A stretch of 60,404 nt of DNA, counting the filler, from Sphacelaria rigidula (taxonomy: Eukaryota), in NCBI GenBank assembly GCA_964200075.2. It is 7 parts of 7 records of this genome, joined end to end, with 100 filler letters (N's around TTAATTAATTAA, not from the genome) between each part and the next. Parts side by side here need not be neighbours in the genome. Positions count along the whole stretch, not along the records: positions 8,645 to 17,188 come from CAXNAA020010834.1; positions 17,289 to 25,832 come from CAXNAA020010835.1; 5 more parts are not named here. One strand, written 5' to 3'. How positions within the stretch are numbered: the stretch's first letter is position 1; each line of letters opens with the position of its first letter. The position numbers and the translations under genes were made by a program. Under the pieces are notes generated by a model. The model did not search any database. It was not told the DNA's origin and saw only the letters and a program-made list of their open reading frames with translations. Positions 12,073 through 23,400 of this stretch are shown here, in pieces.

Positions 12073-13693
12073 TGATGTTGCGTAATACCGGGGGGGGCTA
12101 CATTCAACCAACTTTGAGCTCGGCAACCTCTAGTGGTAACTCTCTGATGGTGCCCAGAAACAGTGCTAAACCTCTTGAGATATCGAAGAGAGAAATCGTA
12201 GGTGCGCGCACCTGAGACATGAGACGAGTGGGTCAACGCGTACACGTATCTTTACTCCCCGGGTGAGCTACCCTACTAGCTCAAACAATCACCTCGCCGG
12301 AGCAATAAGAAGACCATAGTATAGACTTCTTTTGCCGCATACGGTACACGGACATGTTCTAGGTTATTTGCTGAGGCCAATCAAGCGACATCCGCAGGTC
12401 GCCACCGGAAAAAACTACAAAACTACGCCTGAGAAATCTTCAAAGCAGCGTCAGAAGATGTGGGAACTGCTACGACTGCACCTAACATCTGAGTCGAAAT
12501 GGCTAGAGAATGCTGCACAGAACTTATAGACTGCTTGATTCTAACCTAGATCACAGGGAGAAAGTCATGTCTACATCGGGTCTTTTTAACCTGACGCTAC
12601 CCCAATGTGTCGGTTGCAACTCGAAACACCCGAACGATCAAACCTTGAGAACAAAACTGCAACGGGCAATGCTTAGCAGCTCGCAGAGCTACATGCAAAA
12701 GTAAGCTCAGCCTCAGCAGACAAAAAGTATCCTCGCGAGAGGTCTCCGAGGCCGAACTGGTGGGGAATAACCGCAGAGAAAAAACTTTAAGAGTTCGACT
12801 AGCGATTGCGCGGGACAGCATGCAGCTCAATCGATCGATACTCAGCCGGGTAGTAGTAAGACAGAAAAACTCAGTCGTCGAGAATACCCGCATTGTCACC
12901 ACAAAGAAACTCACGAGACTGTTGACTAGAGACTTCTGAGACAGCACGAGGAGCAGGTGAAGGCACTCATGCGACGAGGTCCAGCACCGGGCCCCTCACC
13001 CGGCCAAGGTAAAGTAGTAGTACATAACTAACAAGGTAACTGTCGTGAGGCCAGGGAATCAGAGTTCTGGGCAGCCGGCAGGTACGAGGCCAGTTTCAGA
13101 GAAATTGAGGGACGCGAAGTTGCGACGTCCAAAGAGCGCACGGCACCTGGCAGGAAAGGTTGGCGAGCAAATAGGGTTTTCAGACATTATGACAGCCACT
13201 TCCGCGAGAGGCAGCGCAAAATCTTACCAGCGGTCGAAACGTACTTGAGGACAGGTCAAAGCAAAAGTGGGACAGTGGGACCCGAAGTATAGAGGCAGCG
13301 TATACTAGCAGGGCACAACCCCCGCCTGTGGCACCGCAAGCGACTATCGTAGAGGTGTCACGAGAGCAGAGGAAATCAAAACGCCGACCCCGAATATTGA
13401 CTACAACCCGTAGTGAAAAGCAATGCAACTCGTATCACGCTTCCTCGTCAGCCATGTATATTTACTCGGCGGTGCTGAGGTTGGCCTCTAGGCGTGTTCA
13501 AATCTCTGCCAGGAAAATATAATTACGACTGTTGGGGCCACCACGATTTGGATTCAACAGCAGACGTATCGCGTATGAGCGAGGCGTTCATCGAATCCCC
13601 GCAGAGTTTAGATGCGGTAAACGTCAAACCTGTCCCACCTCGATCATAACCTTCGCATCGCAGACAGCTCATCGCTTAGAAATTTCTGGGGAA

Positions 13694-13956
13694 GATACTT
13701 TTTACTATAGCCCATCCCCCCCCCCAAAACCAACCCGAAACTGTCACGAAGAAAGTGGTGATACAGCGCCTGATGTTTGGTTTTAGGCTGCATGAACACC
13801 TCATATGGGCGACATTGGCGGAAACGAACTCAGGCGTTGGAATTCCCAGCTGCTCGTTGTGCTCGGCTTTTTTCATTCCGCTTTACATGTAGATTGTGCC
13901 TCCCCAAACCAGCCACTTTTTTTTGGGGGGGGGTGGGGGGTATCGCAAAAAGTGTC
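13694..13956 (+). mobile_element. MITE family 'GAC' copy 1
   Basis: TIRs gatactttttactatagccc / gggtatcgcaaaaagtgtc, flanked by a ggaa duplication. Body homologous to 47493-47750 and, inverted, to about 34592-34865. Confidence 0.8.
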
Positions 13957-15149
13957 GGAAAGAACACCGCAAACGAAATGGGAGTACTCGTAGAAGCGGG
14001 GCATGCCCCAGCTCAGACATTGTGTTGTGTTTGGCAGGGCCGTGCGTTGTTACAGCTGAGCATATACACTGCCTTGATGATGCACCTACTATATGCTCCT
14101 AGGCTTTCAAGTAAAATAAAATCACAGTGGCCCAAATAGCCCATCCACTGATAGAACACATATATCTGGAACGCGACGATTTTAGGATATATCACACCTG
14201 TAGACGGGACGCAATCGAACACAGTAAAAGCAGTGTCTGCGGCTATGAATAGATACGTACCCGCCACACGAAACGAATTGCGAAGTGCTGAAAAAGCTTT
14301 TAGAAACAAAACCTTCTCGTTCGAACAGTACTCACAGATCCTATATTTATGCGTGAAGGGTCTGTCTATGTTCTCGCTCGCAACCCAAGAATTAGGCTAT
14401 GGCAACACATAGTGGGCGAAGCGCGCTTTTCGCACCAACTTGGCACTAAACTAGTCGAGGGCTCCGTACAGAACCAACGCACGGGTACGACACGCGATCG
14501 GTAAACATGTAGACGATATGGAGGGAGACGGCACATTAGAACAGCGGCCTAGCCAGTGGGGCTCGCCGGTTACTATTTAACAGTACGGTTCTGCATAGAT
14601 CATTGGTCAACCAAAATTATATCCGAAAGTCGTGACTGATGCCGGCCATCGAAGATCACGTTGGAGCGGTACGGATGCTATGTACGTTGCTGTGTGATGT
14701 ACAGAATCATCGCACCAGATACCAGAAGCAGAAGATGAGAGAGATAGAGGCACTTTCGTTACTCAACCTGGGGAGTGGGCGTTAAATAACTCATTATTCG
14801 GCTTAGCGTCTGCGTCTTTTTTTTTTCTGCGTGAATACTGGCGCTTGTGTTCGCACACTTTGGACCTGAAAGTGTATTATAAGAATATGTGTGCATACTC
14901 TTATTTGTTGTCTATCCACTAGGGAGAGTCTTTTTCCGCACCTGTAAAACACGTTGAAAGCGTTGCGGCAGTAAGCCTGACCTCAAAGCTACCGACTGTA
15001 CAGTTTTGGCCCAAATAAAGTGAAGATATCTAGGGTTTCCACTGTCGACGGAAAGGGAACGAAATGCATGTAGACGGAGGCAAGGTTATTTTGGATTTGC
15101 TAGGGCTAACCAGTAGCGGATAATTACAGTTAATGCTTGGGAAAGTAAA

Positions 15150-16050
15150 AAGTGTGAAAACTCTACACTGAACCCGAGGACTCTGATGGCACCGCCGGTT
15201 GAATTCACGAAAAACTTGTGATGTGTGCCGAGGCGGTGGAGTGCAGAGCACGACAAAGCCTTAGAAAAAAATGACACAATTGATGACGGAGACATCTGTT
15301 CTACATTTTCCCGATTTCACCTAATACGTTCTGGTTAATGTTGACGCAAGTGACCGGGGGACGGGTGCGCACCTGTCACAGAAGTACGGCAATGAGCAGG
15401 TGAGTGTATTATACATCAGTTAGCATTCAACGGTGGCTAATCACGCTCTTCACCGACCATGGAAGAAGGATACATTCACAGTGGCGCCTTTTGAGGAGAG
15501 ACGGCGCGTCACTTATGTTGTTGACCATGAAGGATACGAGCAACATATGAAACACGCTTGGCATTCGTTCTGTACTTATTTTTACTGTACGGTCAACACA
15601 CACACCGGCAACACGACGTATCATTTCAGAAACATTACTACGCTCATTTAGCTTTGGGCAGCCGCAAAAGACCACAATCAAGACACTGCTCGATTTGCAG
15701 TAATTTGCCTGACAATCCCGCGCTGCAAGTGACCAAGCGGCCAAGCAGCATCACCCGTCCCAAGTATCAACAAACAGCGCGAATAATTTGCAACTGGTGC
15801 AGAGTGACCAAGAGCTGTTTATCTTGAAGTACTGTGAGCATACATCAGCGCTACCAACGTCTTCTTTTCTGCAGATCGCGAAAAAGTGAAGAAAAAAAGA
15901 AGAAGCAGCAAACATTCGAGTTTGGACCCTACACTCAGTACGTGACTGACAACGTTCCTTTTTCCGCACGAGGAGGTTGTCGCACCTACGTCTCTCTATT
16001 CAGTATCAAACGAGGTATCAAACTGACCGCGCTTGTTTGCACACCTTTGA
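15150..16050 (+). pseudogene. Highly degenerate Ty3/gypsy pol relic (RT connection/RNase H, possible integrase trace)
   Basis: TSVLHFPDFT*YVLVNVDASDRGTGAHLSQ matches gypsy RNase H (PVLxxPDFxxPFxxxTDASxxGxGAVLSQ). Downstream FGPYTQYVTDN resembles the integrase FGxPxxxxTDNG motif. Confidence 0.65.
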
Positions 16051-16299
16051 AAACGCCGTGCCTTCCGTGATGAACTATATACCATGGCTGCCGGAACCCT
16101 TGATCGGATTCGCGTTGCTTTCATTCATTTGGTAAATATGCGTGCGCTTTTGCGCACGACCGTTTCAACGTGAAGCTATGTTGAAGTGGCCGGCCAGTGC
16201 TGGTTTATCGATTGTCTTCGTTTTGTTCTGTTTGTCTGTTTGTCCGTTTGCTTCCTTCACTCTGGCCTGTTTTATCCTCCATCTTTCTGTTTTCTTCAC

Positions 16300-16430
16300 T
16301 TTCCCTCAACGTGTACGCTTTTCCATTTGTTTTTACATCTCGGGTACGTCTTTCATGTGACCACGGTTGGATCCCTGAGGGACCAGTTAAGTGCGACAGC
16401 CGATCAATCTATCAACCTATAAATCAATCA
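16300..16430 (+). repeat. Retroposon-like 3' end with (AATC)n tail; second copy at 53547-53800 (-)
   Basis: Shared catgtgaccacggYtggatccctg...gtgcga followed by ATCA repeats in two different segments. Confidence 0.65.
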
Positions 16431-17120
16431 AGGAGGGCACTTGGCGCTCAAGTCAGCTTCGGAAAACTTCGACATCAAGCTGTTGGTCGGCATGATCGGC
16501 GACGTTGGTAAGTAGCGCCAAGATACAGAATTCCAGCGCCGAGAAAAAAAACGGCCCTTAGTCGACCAAAACTAGCTATGGATCATGAACCAGTAGAGCG
16601 CCCACTGTGAATGTCACTTCAGGAGGCTCATCCGAGTCGACATGAAGAGCCATCTCAGTTTGCGGAGGAGCGACACATTTTTTCTGAGATATACTGGGAC
16701 AAGTTGCGCCGCAAATTTGCTGCTCTCGTTCCGTCTCATGTGTGTAGCTTTGATACAAACATGGAGTTTCGGAGCGAGAATGTCCCAGTTTCCCAGTCCA
16801 AAATGCCTCCAAACGCTCTTATCAGTGAAAGATTAAGCCGCCATGTGGTCGGGGCCTAGATCTCGTAAGACCAATGCTTCGACGGGTAGGGTTTTCTCCC
16901 GAACGTGAGGTCGAAACGAGTGAAACCCACTACTTTGATGGGTGAGTTTTCCGCGCTACCAAGATCCAAACATCTGCTTTGGACTGTTTTGATGTCCGCC
17001 GTGCTCGGAGTACGGTGCGAACGGATGAAGATCAGGCTGATTGATAGGCAGGTCTGAAGTGGATCTTTCGTCAGGACCTGCTCAGCACTACTGTTTATTC
17101 TAGCTGGTACCTGGACTGCC

Positions 17121-17188
17121 GGTCACCCCCGTGGCTCAGTTGGTAACCTCGTAACCTTCTGATGGTTGAGTTGTGGGGTTCGATTCCC
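17121..17188 (+). mobile_element. SINE family A, tRNA-like head (cut by the linker)
   Basis: A box TGGCTCAGTTGG and B box GGTTCGATTCC; homologous to 18763-18830. Confidence 0.75.
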
Positions 17189-17288
17189 NNNNNNNNNNNN
17201 NNNNNNNNNNNNNNNNNNNNNNNNNNNNNNNNTTAATTAATTAANNNNNNNNNNNNNNNNNNNNNNNNNNNNNNNNNNNNNNNNNNNN

Positions 17289-17460
17289 GTTCGATTCTCC
17301 GTCCAACCTAACTAGTTTTTTTTTACGCACAAACACTACCCTCCACATTCAGCTGCGGTCGTAAGGTACTGGCGGAAAAAAAAACTAGTTAGGTTGGACG
17401 GAGAATCGAACCCTCGACTTCGTAACGCATAGTTAACCGGTGGCACACGGAGCTACGCGT
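17289..17460. repeat. Perfect 36-bp inverted repeat formed by tRNA-like 3' halves with T-tracts
   Basis: 17289-17324 is the exact reverse complement of 17376-17411. The minus-strand unit has an A-box-like TAGCTCCGT, a B box GGTTCGATTCTC and T9. Confidence 0.75.
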
Positions 17461-17559
17461 GGTAGTCGTTGAGGAGTCTGTTTATTTTTTGTAATTCTAA
17501 ATTTTGGGGCCCTCGAAGGTCCGTGTCAATAACACTGGAATCCCCCGAATTGGTTTCAG

Positions 17560-19860
17560 TGGCACAAGTGTAATATGGAAATATGGAATTTGAACAGTCG
17601 CTGCTGTTCGAAAAAAATCCAAATTCCAAACTTGGAATAGGGCAAAAAGTATTCATTCGAAATAAATCCTAATTCCAAACTTGGAATATAGGGGAAAAAG
17701 GATTCATTTCGAAGAGCTTCAGCTGTACAGATAATCCCATATACACTGTATATAGCAGATGGAATTTGCACACCACCAAGAATACCTAAAATTGGGTGGA
17801 GAAAGGACTTGCTCGCGAGCAGCTTCAGCAGCTGTTCAAGTCCCACATACTGCACGCAAGCTTTTGTTGCAGCTGACGCCATGGTGTTTGATCGCATTTG
17901 ACTTCGGTGATAGATGCATATACATGATGAAAACCCCGTAGTCCCGCGTCGACGAAACTAAAACAATATACAGGGGATAATGAAACACCTCATCGCGCGT
18001 TTGATACTGCGTACTCGGGATATATATATTCACACCAATAAACTGTACTGTACTGTACAATACCATTGCATGCGGGACAGTGCGCTATACCGTCGTGCTT
18101 ATACGTGCGGCGCCATGTACTGCAGATGGCTGGCTATAAATACAATGTAGATGCCTGCAGCTTATTTGCATATATGGGACGGGTGTTATATACCGTCACG
18201 AACTCCAGTTTTTCACGCGCGCGTTTCACATCATATTTGCGCGCACAGCTGCTGCAGCACAGTAAGTAGGGCGTGAAAGCGAAGGGGAAAAGTACAATAC
18301 AGGCAACGCAGGACAATGTATGTGTAGGTTCTCTACCTACAGTGCGACGTGGAAAGGACTTGAACAACGTGCAGCATATCGTACGCGGCCTGTATGTTGC
18401 AATAAGTTATATCGCGGTGCGTCCGCAGCATGCATATGATGGTGAGTGTGTATATGCATAACATCGGCGGCCGGTTGATTATTGTTCCTCGCACCCGCGC
18501 CTATATATACGCACCCCGAATATGTCGTCGCTGCGCGATGTCGCGACCGTGAAGGAAGGTGCTCTAGTTTCCATCAACGAGAAATAAATCGTATCCACCC
18601 GCACGGCAGTGTGTATGTGTCTATACCCCTGTGCCCAGCCCGTGCTCTTTGCTGCGGGGTTGTGGTGGTATAGCCAGGCGGAATAATACTGTTGTGCGGG
18701 CGGGTGCGTTCATTGATGTCCGATTAGTGTGCGGTGATATATACACGGAGTATAAGTCGTACGGTCGCCCCGGTGGCTCAGTTGGTAACCTCGAAACCTT
18801 CTGACGGTTGGGTCGTGGGTTCCATTCTCGGAGCGATCTGGGATTTTTTCTCACACAATGCCCAACAGTGGGGAGCGACTATGTCGTGGGTACACAAAAT
18901 TCGACTTAACGGTGAAAAGGCAAAGGACTGCTAAACCCCTCTCGCGATAAAAAATAAAGGCAAGCACCGCAGGCGGACAGTGGGGTACCAAAAAAAAAAA
19001 AGCTCCTGTGTTGACCTTCCTCCTGTGTGACCCCGGCTGGTGCGCCCACATATACCGAAAGGTGTAGACCGGCGCCCAGAATAGATGGGACGACAACACA
19101 TAGATATATCTTTGAGGTATGATGGTCTACATATGCTATATTAATGTACGATTGATTAAGTGATATTTTCTAAACATGGTTGGTGTTGGTAGACGATGCA
19201 ATACGGGGTTTTGGGGAAAATGTGCATTCATAGACGAGGTATACCCGACCGTCTGGCATCTTTTCACGCCTTCCCAGGGGTTTCAGACGAAGCACAGGGG
19301 TGAACATACACACGTATCCAACGTGTGGGATCTCTACTCAGCAAAAGCTGTTGAGAGCTATTCATCCTTCAGCCCATGTACATACGGACTGGGGGGCAAA
19401 AGGATGAATACATTTCAGCGACTTTTTCTGCGCGTCGGATCCCATGCGCTGGTGACGATGCAGTATGTGGGATTTGCCCAGCAGCTGACGCTGCTCGCAA
19501 TAAATCTCTTTTCCCTTAATCTCTAGGTGAATTGGAGGGAAAATATTTTTTAAAATTTCGAGGTTCTTCTGCTGTTTAAATTCCGAATCTGCCAGTGTGC
19601 ATGGGATTTGCGCAGCAGAAGAAGCTGTTCAAGATATATCCTTCTTTCGCCCATTGCAAATGGGCGAAAAAATGATCTATCTTGAATAGCTTCTTCTGCT
19701 GTTCGAAATAAATCCTTTTTTCTGCCGAAATAAATTGGGCATTGGCAAAAAAAGGGTCTGCTTTGAATAGCTTGTCCTGCTGTCCAAAATAAGTTCCTTT
19801 TCGCTCGATTCAAATCGGGTGAAAAGGAATTTACCTCGGACAAGAGGACAAGCTATTTAT
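17560..19860. mobile_element. Old fold-back/TIR element with internally repetitive arms (boundaries approximate)
   Basis: About 17815-17855 is the inverted match of about 19458-19500. gctgttcgaaataaatcc-type subrepeats occur in both arms. Confidence 0.5.
18763..19100 (+). mobile_element. SINE family A, full-length copy
   Basis: tRNA-like head with A and B boxes, about 340 bp, ends ...gatgggacgacaacaca. Homologues at 40611-40977, 59761-59985 and 17121-17188. Confidence 0.85.
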
Positions 19861-19877
19861 TGAAAATATATAAATGT

Positions 19878-20451
19878 TGTCATGAGGAAGGAAGATAGAG
19901 AGGCGTTACTTGTTCCTTCAGACAGTTTTGGGGCAGGTTAGCTCACAGATCACTCGATCCAGCCATGGGAATGCTCCCAAAGTTCTGGGGAAGGTTGATG
20001 TACAGGCTGCGTTCTAGGGAAGATTGATGCACAGGCTGGTATATTCTAGCTGGGGAAGATTAGTGTGCAGGCTGACATGCCCTGGCCCCGAGGAGGCAAA
20101 CGCCTTCTCGGGCCGAGTTCAGATGGGCTGCGTCGCATGTACCTCATGCATCCTCGCTCACTCTTGAGCTACCCTTCGAGCCGGACCATCTGCTCCTACG
20201 GTTTACCATTGGTGAGAACAGTGTGCTGGGCGATCAAGGGGATAATCAGTGAGAGTTAAAAAGATATCAAGCCTTTGAGCTCCTTTTGTTTGTTGCTACT
20301 GTGACCAACAGTCATGTGAATCTGCACGTGTGCATTTGCAGCTTGTTTTACTCGGACACCTGGTGCGTTTGCGTACCTACTCAAGCTTGCAGCACACTGA
20401 TCATAGCTAGGAAGGTGTGGAACCTATCTATATACCCCCTTCTATATCACA
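19878..20451 (+). repeat. Putative 5' LTR
   Basis: TG...CA termini directly upstream of a TGG-starting PBS; three roughly 30-bp tandem units at 19981-20074. No second LTR is available to confirm the left boundary. Confidence 0.6.
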
Positions 20452-23400
20452 CTGGTGTCGAACCTACCAGAAAATAACTTTCCTCTCGGTCTTGCCTACT
20501 TACGAATCTTTACGCCGTCAGCGTTTGCTTCCATCAATCCCTTCAAAACCAAAACCCTTCACTATTACTTCCCCTGTACACGAAGAAGGGAAATCCGACA
20601 GAGCTTTGACTCGCAGCTCTGGCGACTACACGTCTCAAGACTTAGCTGCTGCTGGTGCCCACGATCGCCATCTGCCCAAGACTTCCAACATTATCAACGA
20701 GACGCTCCGCGCTCGCTCTGTTGCGAAGCGAACACCGTTCAAGACTCCCGGCATTATCGACGAGTCGCTCCGCGCTCGCTCTGTCGCGGATCGTTCATTG
20801 CCCAAGACTCCCGGCACTATCGACGAGTCGCTCCGCGCTCGCTCTGTCGCGGATCGTACACTGTCCAAGACTTCCAACATAGTCGACGAGTCGCTACGCG
20901 CTCGCTCTGTTGTTCAACGGGCTCAGTCTCGGGGCTCCCACATGCCTGATGAGTCGCCACGCGTCACCACTGTTGTGGACCGCCACCCGCTTCAGGCTTC
21001 TACAGCGGTTGTTGACTCAGCCCGCGCTCGCGATGTTGAGGGTTACGACGTCTCCCAGCGCCAGCGCCGACCAGACAGGTATCGTGAGGACATTTCTGTT
21101 CACCGCACCTCGCTCCGACCATCCTCCTCGCGCCTTCGCCGCTCTAAAGCGCCTTCCACAGAGCACTTGCCTTTAGTAACGGCCCTTGAGCACTTGCTTC
21201 GTTTGTCACCGGCTGTCATTTCTGACGGTCCGGCGACAACTGCCCTTTTACAAGCGCTTGCGGCCGCGTTTCACACAGCCGTTGAACATTCAACGCCTTC
21301 TGATCATGTTCGCTTTAACAGTAATATGAACCATCAAGCCTCTGCACCACTGGCTGCCGACTCTTATGATGTGCGTTCCACCTTAGATGCTGCTTCTGAT
21401 TTTGATTTGGACCATGACGACCTTGTTTACCACGGTGATACCACTACTCATGCCCATGATGTACGTGCTCTGCTATCGGGACTATCTTCAACCACGGGAT
21501 CTTCACGGCCTAAATCTGTCGATCAGACATATGTAAGCTCACGACTACCCGTTGATGACTCGTTGGCTAATATTCACGCACGTTTGCGCGGCGAACACAG
21601 CACTCACCGTGCCCTTCCGCCCCATCCTGATACTGCCACTGTGCGTGTTGTCGAACGACAAATCGCAGATCTTCGTCGCTACTTACGTTCCGCTGCAACT
21701 ATGGCCAGTGCTCCTGCACCTTCGACTACTGCGCCAATCGCAGCCACTGCCCCTTCTACAGCAGCCGACATTGACGCGGATGCCGAGAGCACCCGTGTCA
21801 CGCCCCCCGCTCCCCGTGCAGCGGCCCCCGCGGATTCCGCCACGGCGGATCACGGCCGCGCCCCTGTCACGGCCGCCTCGGCGACATCGGTCCCTTTGCC
21901 ACCAAACCCTACTGCCTCAGGCTCGGCTCCGGCGCCTGCCCCCGAGCCCGACACGGACGATCGCCCCATGCTAGGCGTCGAGCATTGCCCGTCGGGCCTT
22001 CCGCCCCGGCTCTGACTTCATGGCACCCGCGCCGACCAGGAACACATTTTGGCTGAATACCAAGTTTTCAAACCGGCCACGGCCCTGGCGCCACCTTCGC
22101 CCCGACAACTGGTGGACAACGCTGCTCCCCGTCTCCTTCCGGACGACTTCGCGGAACGACTGGCGCGCCAACGCTAGGTCGTTGATTCGGCATCCAACCG
22201 TCAGCGGGCGGCTCAACGTACCCTCGCTGAACGCCTCGCTACGCTCGGCCAGGTACAGGATTCCGTACGCCGCGATGAACATCGTCTCCGTCAATTCGAG
22301 ACCGCGACCGAAACTGCGACTACGGCTCTCCGTTCCATGGAACAATAACACCATCTTCCTCTGCTCCGGACCACGCCGGCAGAGCCTGCACCTGCCGCCG
22401 CTATTCCTGGCTCTTGAACCGACCGCGAGCCTTCACGCTCACGCGCTACTGCCGCGGCGTCTGCGGCCTCGCCCCCGCTTCCCCCGCCTGCACCACTGCA
22501 AGCCCCTCGGGCTTCGGCGCCCCCCGCTGCCACGCCCGGGTTGCACCTGCAGAGTAGCGAACGTGCTTGCTTCGGTTGGACGCTCCGTCAACTTTCGGGG
22601 GAGTACAATCGCAACAACGTACTCCGCGCCTCTGAGCAGGCTTGGAGCTCCCTCATCCTGCCCGTCACCGGTGTGATCGTCCCCTTCCTGCAACAAGGTG
22701 GACAGCTCCCGCGCAACGACCTCGGCGCTCTCACCATTGAACGGATCGTGTTTTATCTCACGATTGGTACCGGGGACGCTCGTTCTCAATATGAGACCGC
22801 CGTTGCCGTCCTCTTCGCCGCCATGCGGGCAGCCCGCAACACACTGCCGCCCGACAATGATGGAGCTTGGATCACCCCGCACCCCTCTCGCCGTCGTCAT
22901 GATGATGACGACTCTGACGACGACCCTTCCGGGGCTGCCCCACGCCGTGGGCACGGGCCTCACCGTCTTACCAACAACAATCGACGATCGACTCACACAC
23001 AAACGGGCTGGCAACCAGTCTTCGGGTTCGTCGACTGCACGACACCGCCACCACGCTTCAACGCGGACCGACCGGCCCCCCTCGGCCGTCAGGCAAGTAA
23101 TGCCTCCTTTGGCTAATGCGTCTGCTCGCATCTTGGGTCTCACGGATAGTGACAGTGATAATTCGGCTCGCCCATGGTCTTCCAACTCGGCTCGGTCACT
23201 AGCTGCCGCCGCCGCTGCTAAACAGCAAGCTGCGGCTGACAACACCGCTGCTGATACTCGTAGAGAAGCTTCTCGTGTCGCTGCGATCAAGCGCGAATAT
23301 TTGAACATGGATGTCAAGAAATTATGGCATATCAAAACCATGCCTGCTGCAGACAATGAGGACTCTGGTCAGTTAACGTCCGCTCTCATTTCCTCAATGC

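Noticed and set aside
12103..13455. Possible minus-strand 5' exons (MADEEA / TFRPL / VRAPTISLFDIS...ELK)
   Set aside because: Phases can be made to fit, but the splice sites are weak, the exons are tiny and there is no homology; not supportable.
17121..17330. A single tRNA gene spanning the gap (GTTCGATTC on both sides)
   Set aside because: The two sides are different segments and different repeat families, and neither forms a full cloverleaf.
20660..21030. CRISPR-like array
   Set aside because: It is a frame-preserving 63-bp tandem repeat without unique spacers or cas genes, in a eukaryotic retroelement.
22013..22350. Programmed readthrough or RIP-like C-to-T mutation explaining stops in TE ORFs
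   Set aside because: The elements also carry frameshifts and probable G-to-T stops (in the LINE). Ordinary decay suffices, and no consensus is available to test a bias.
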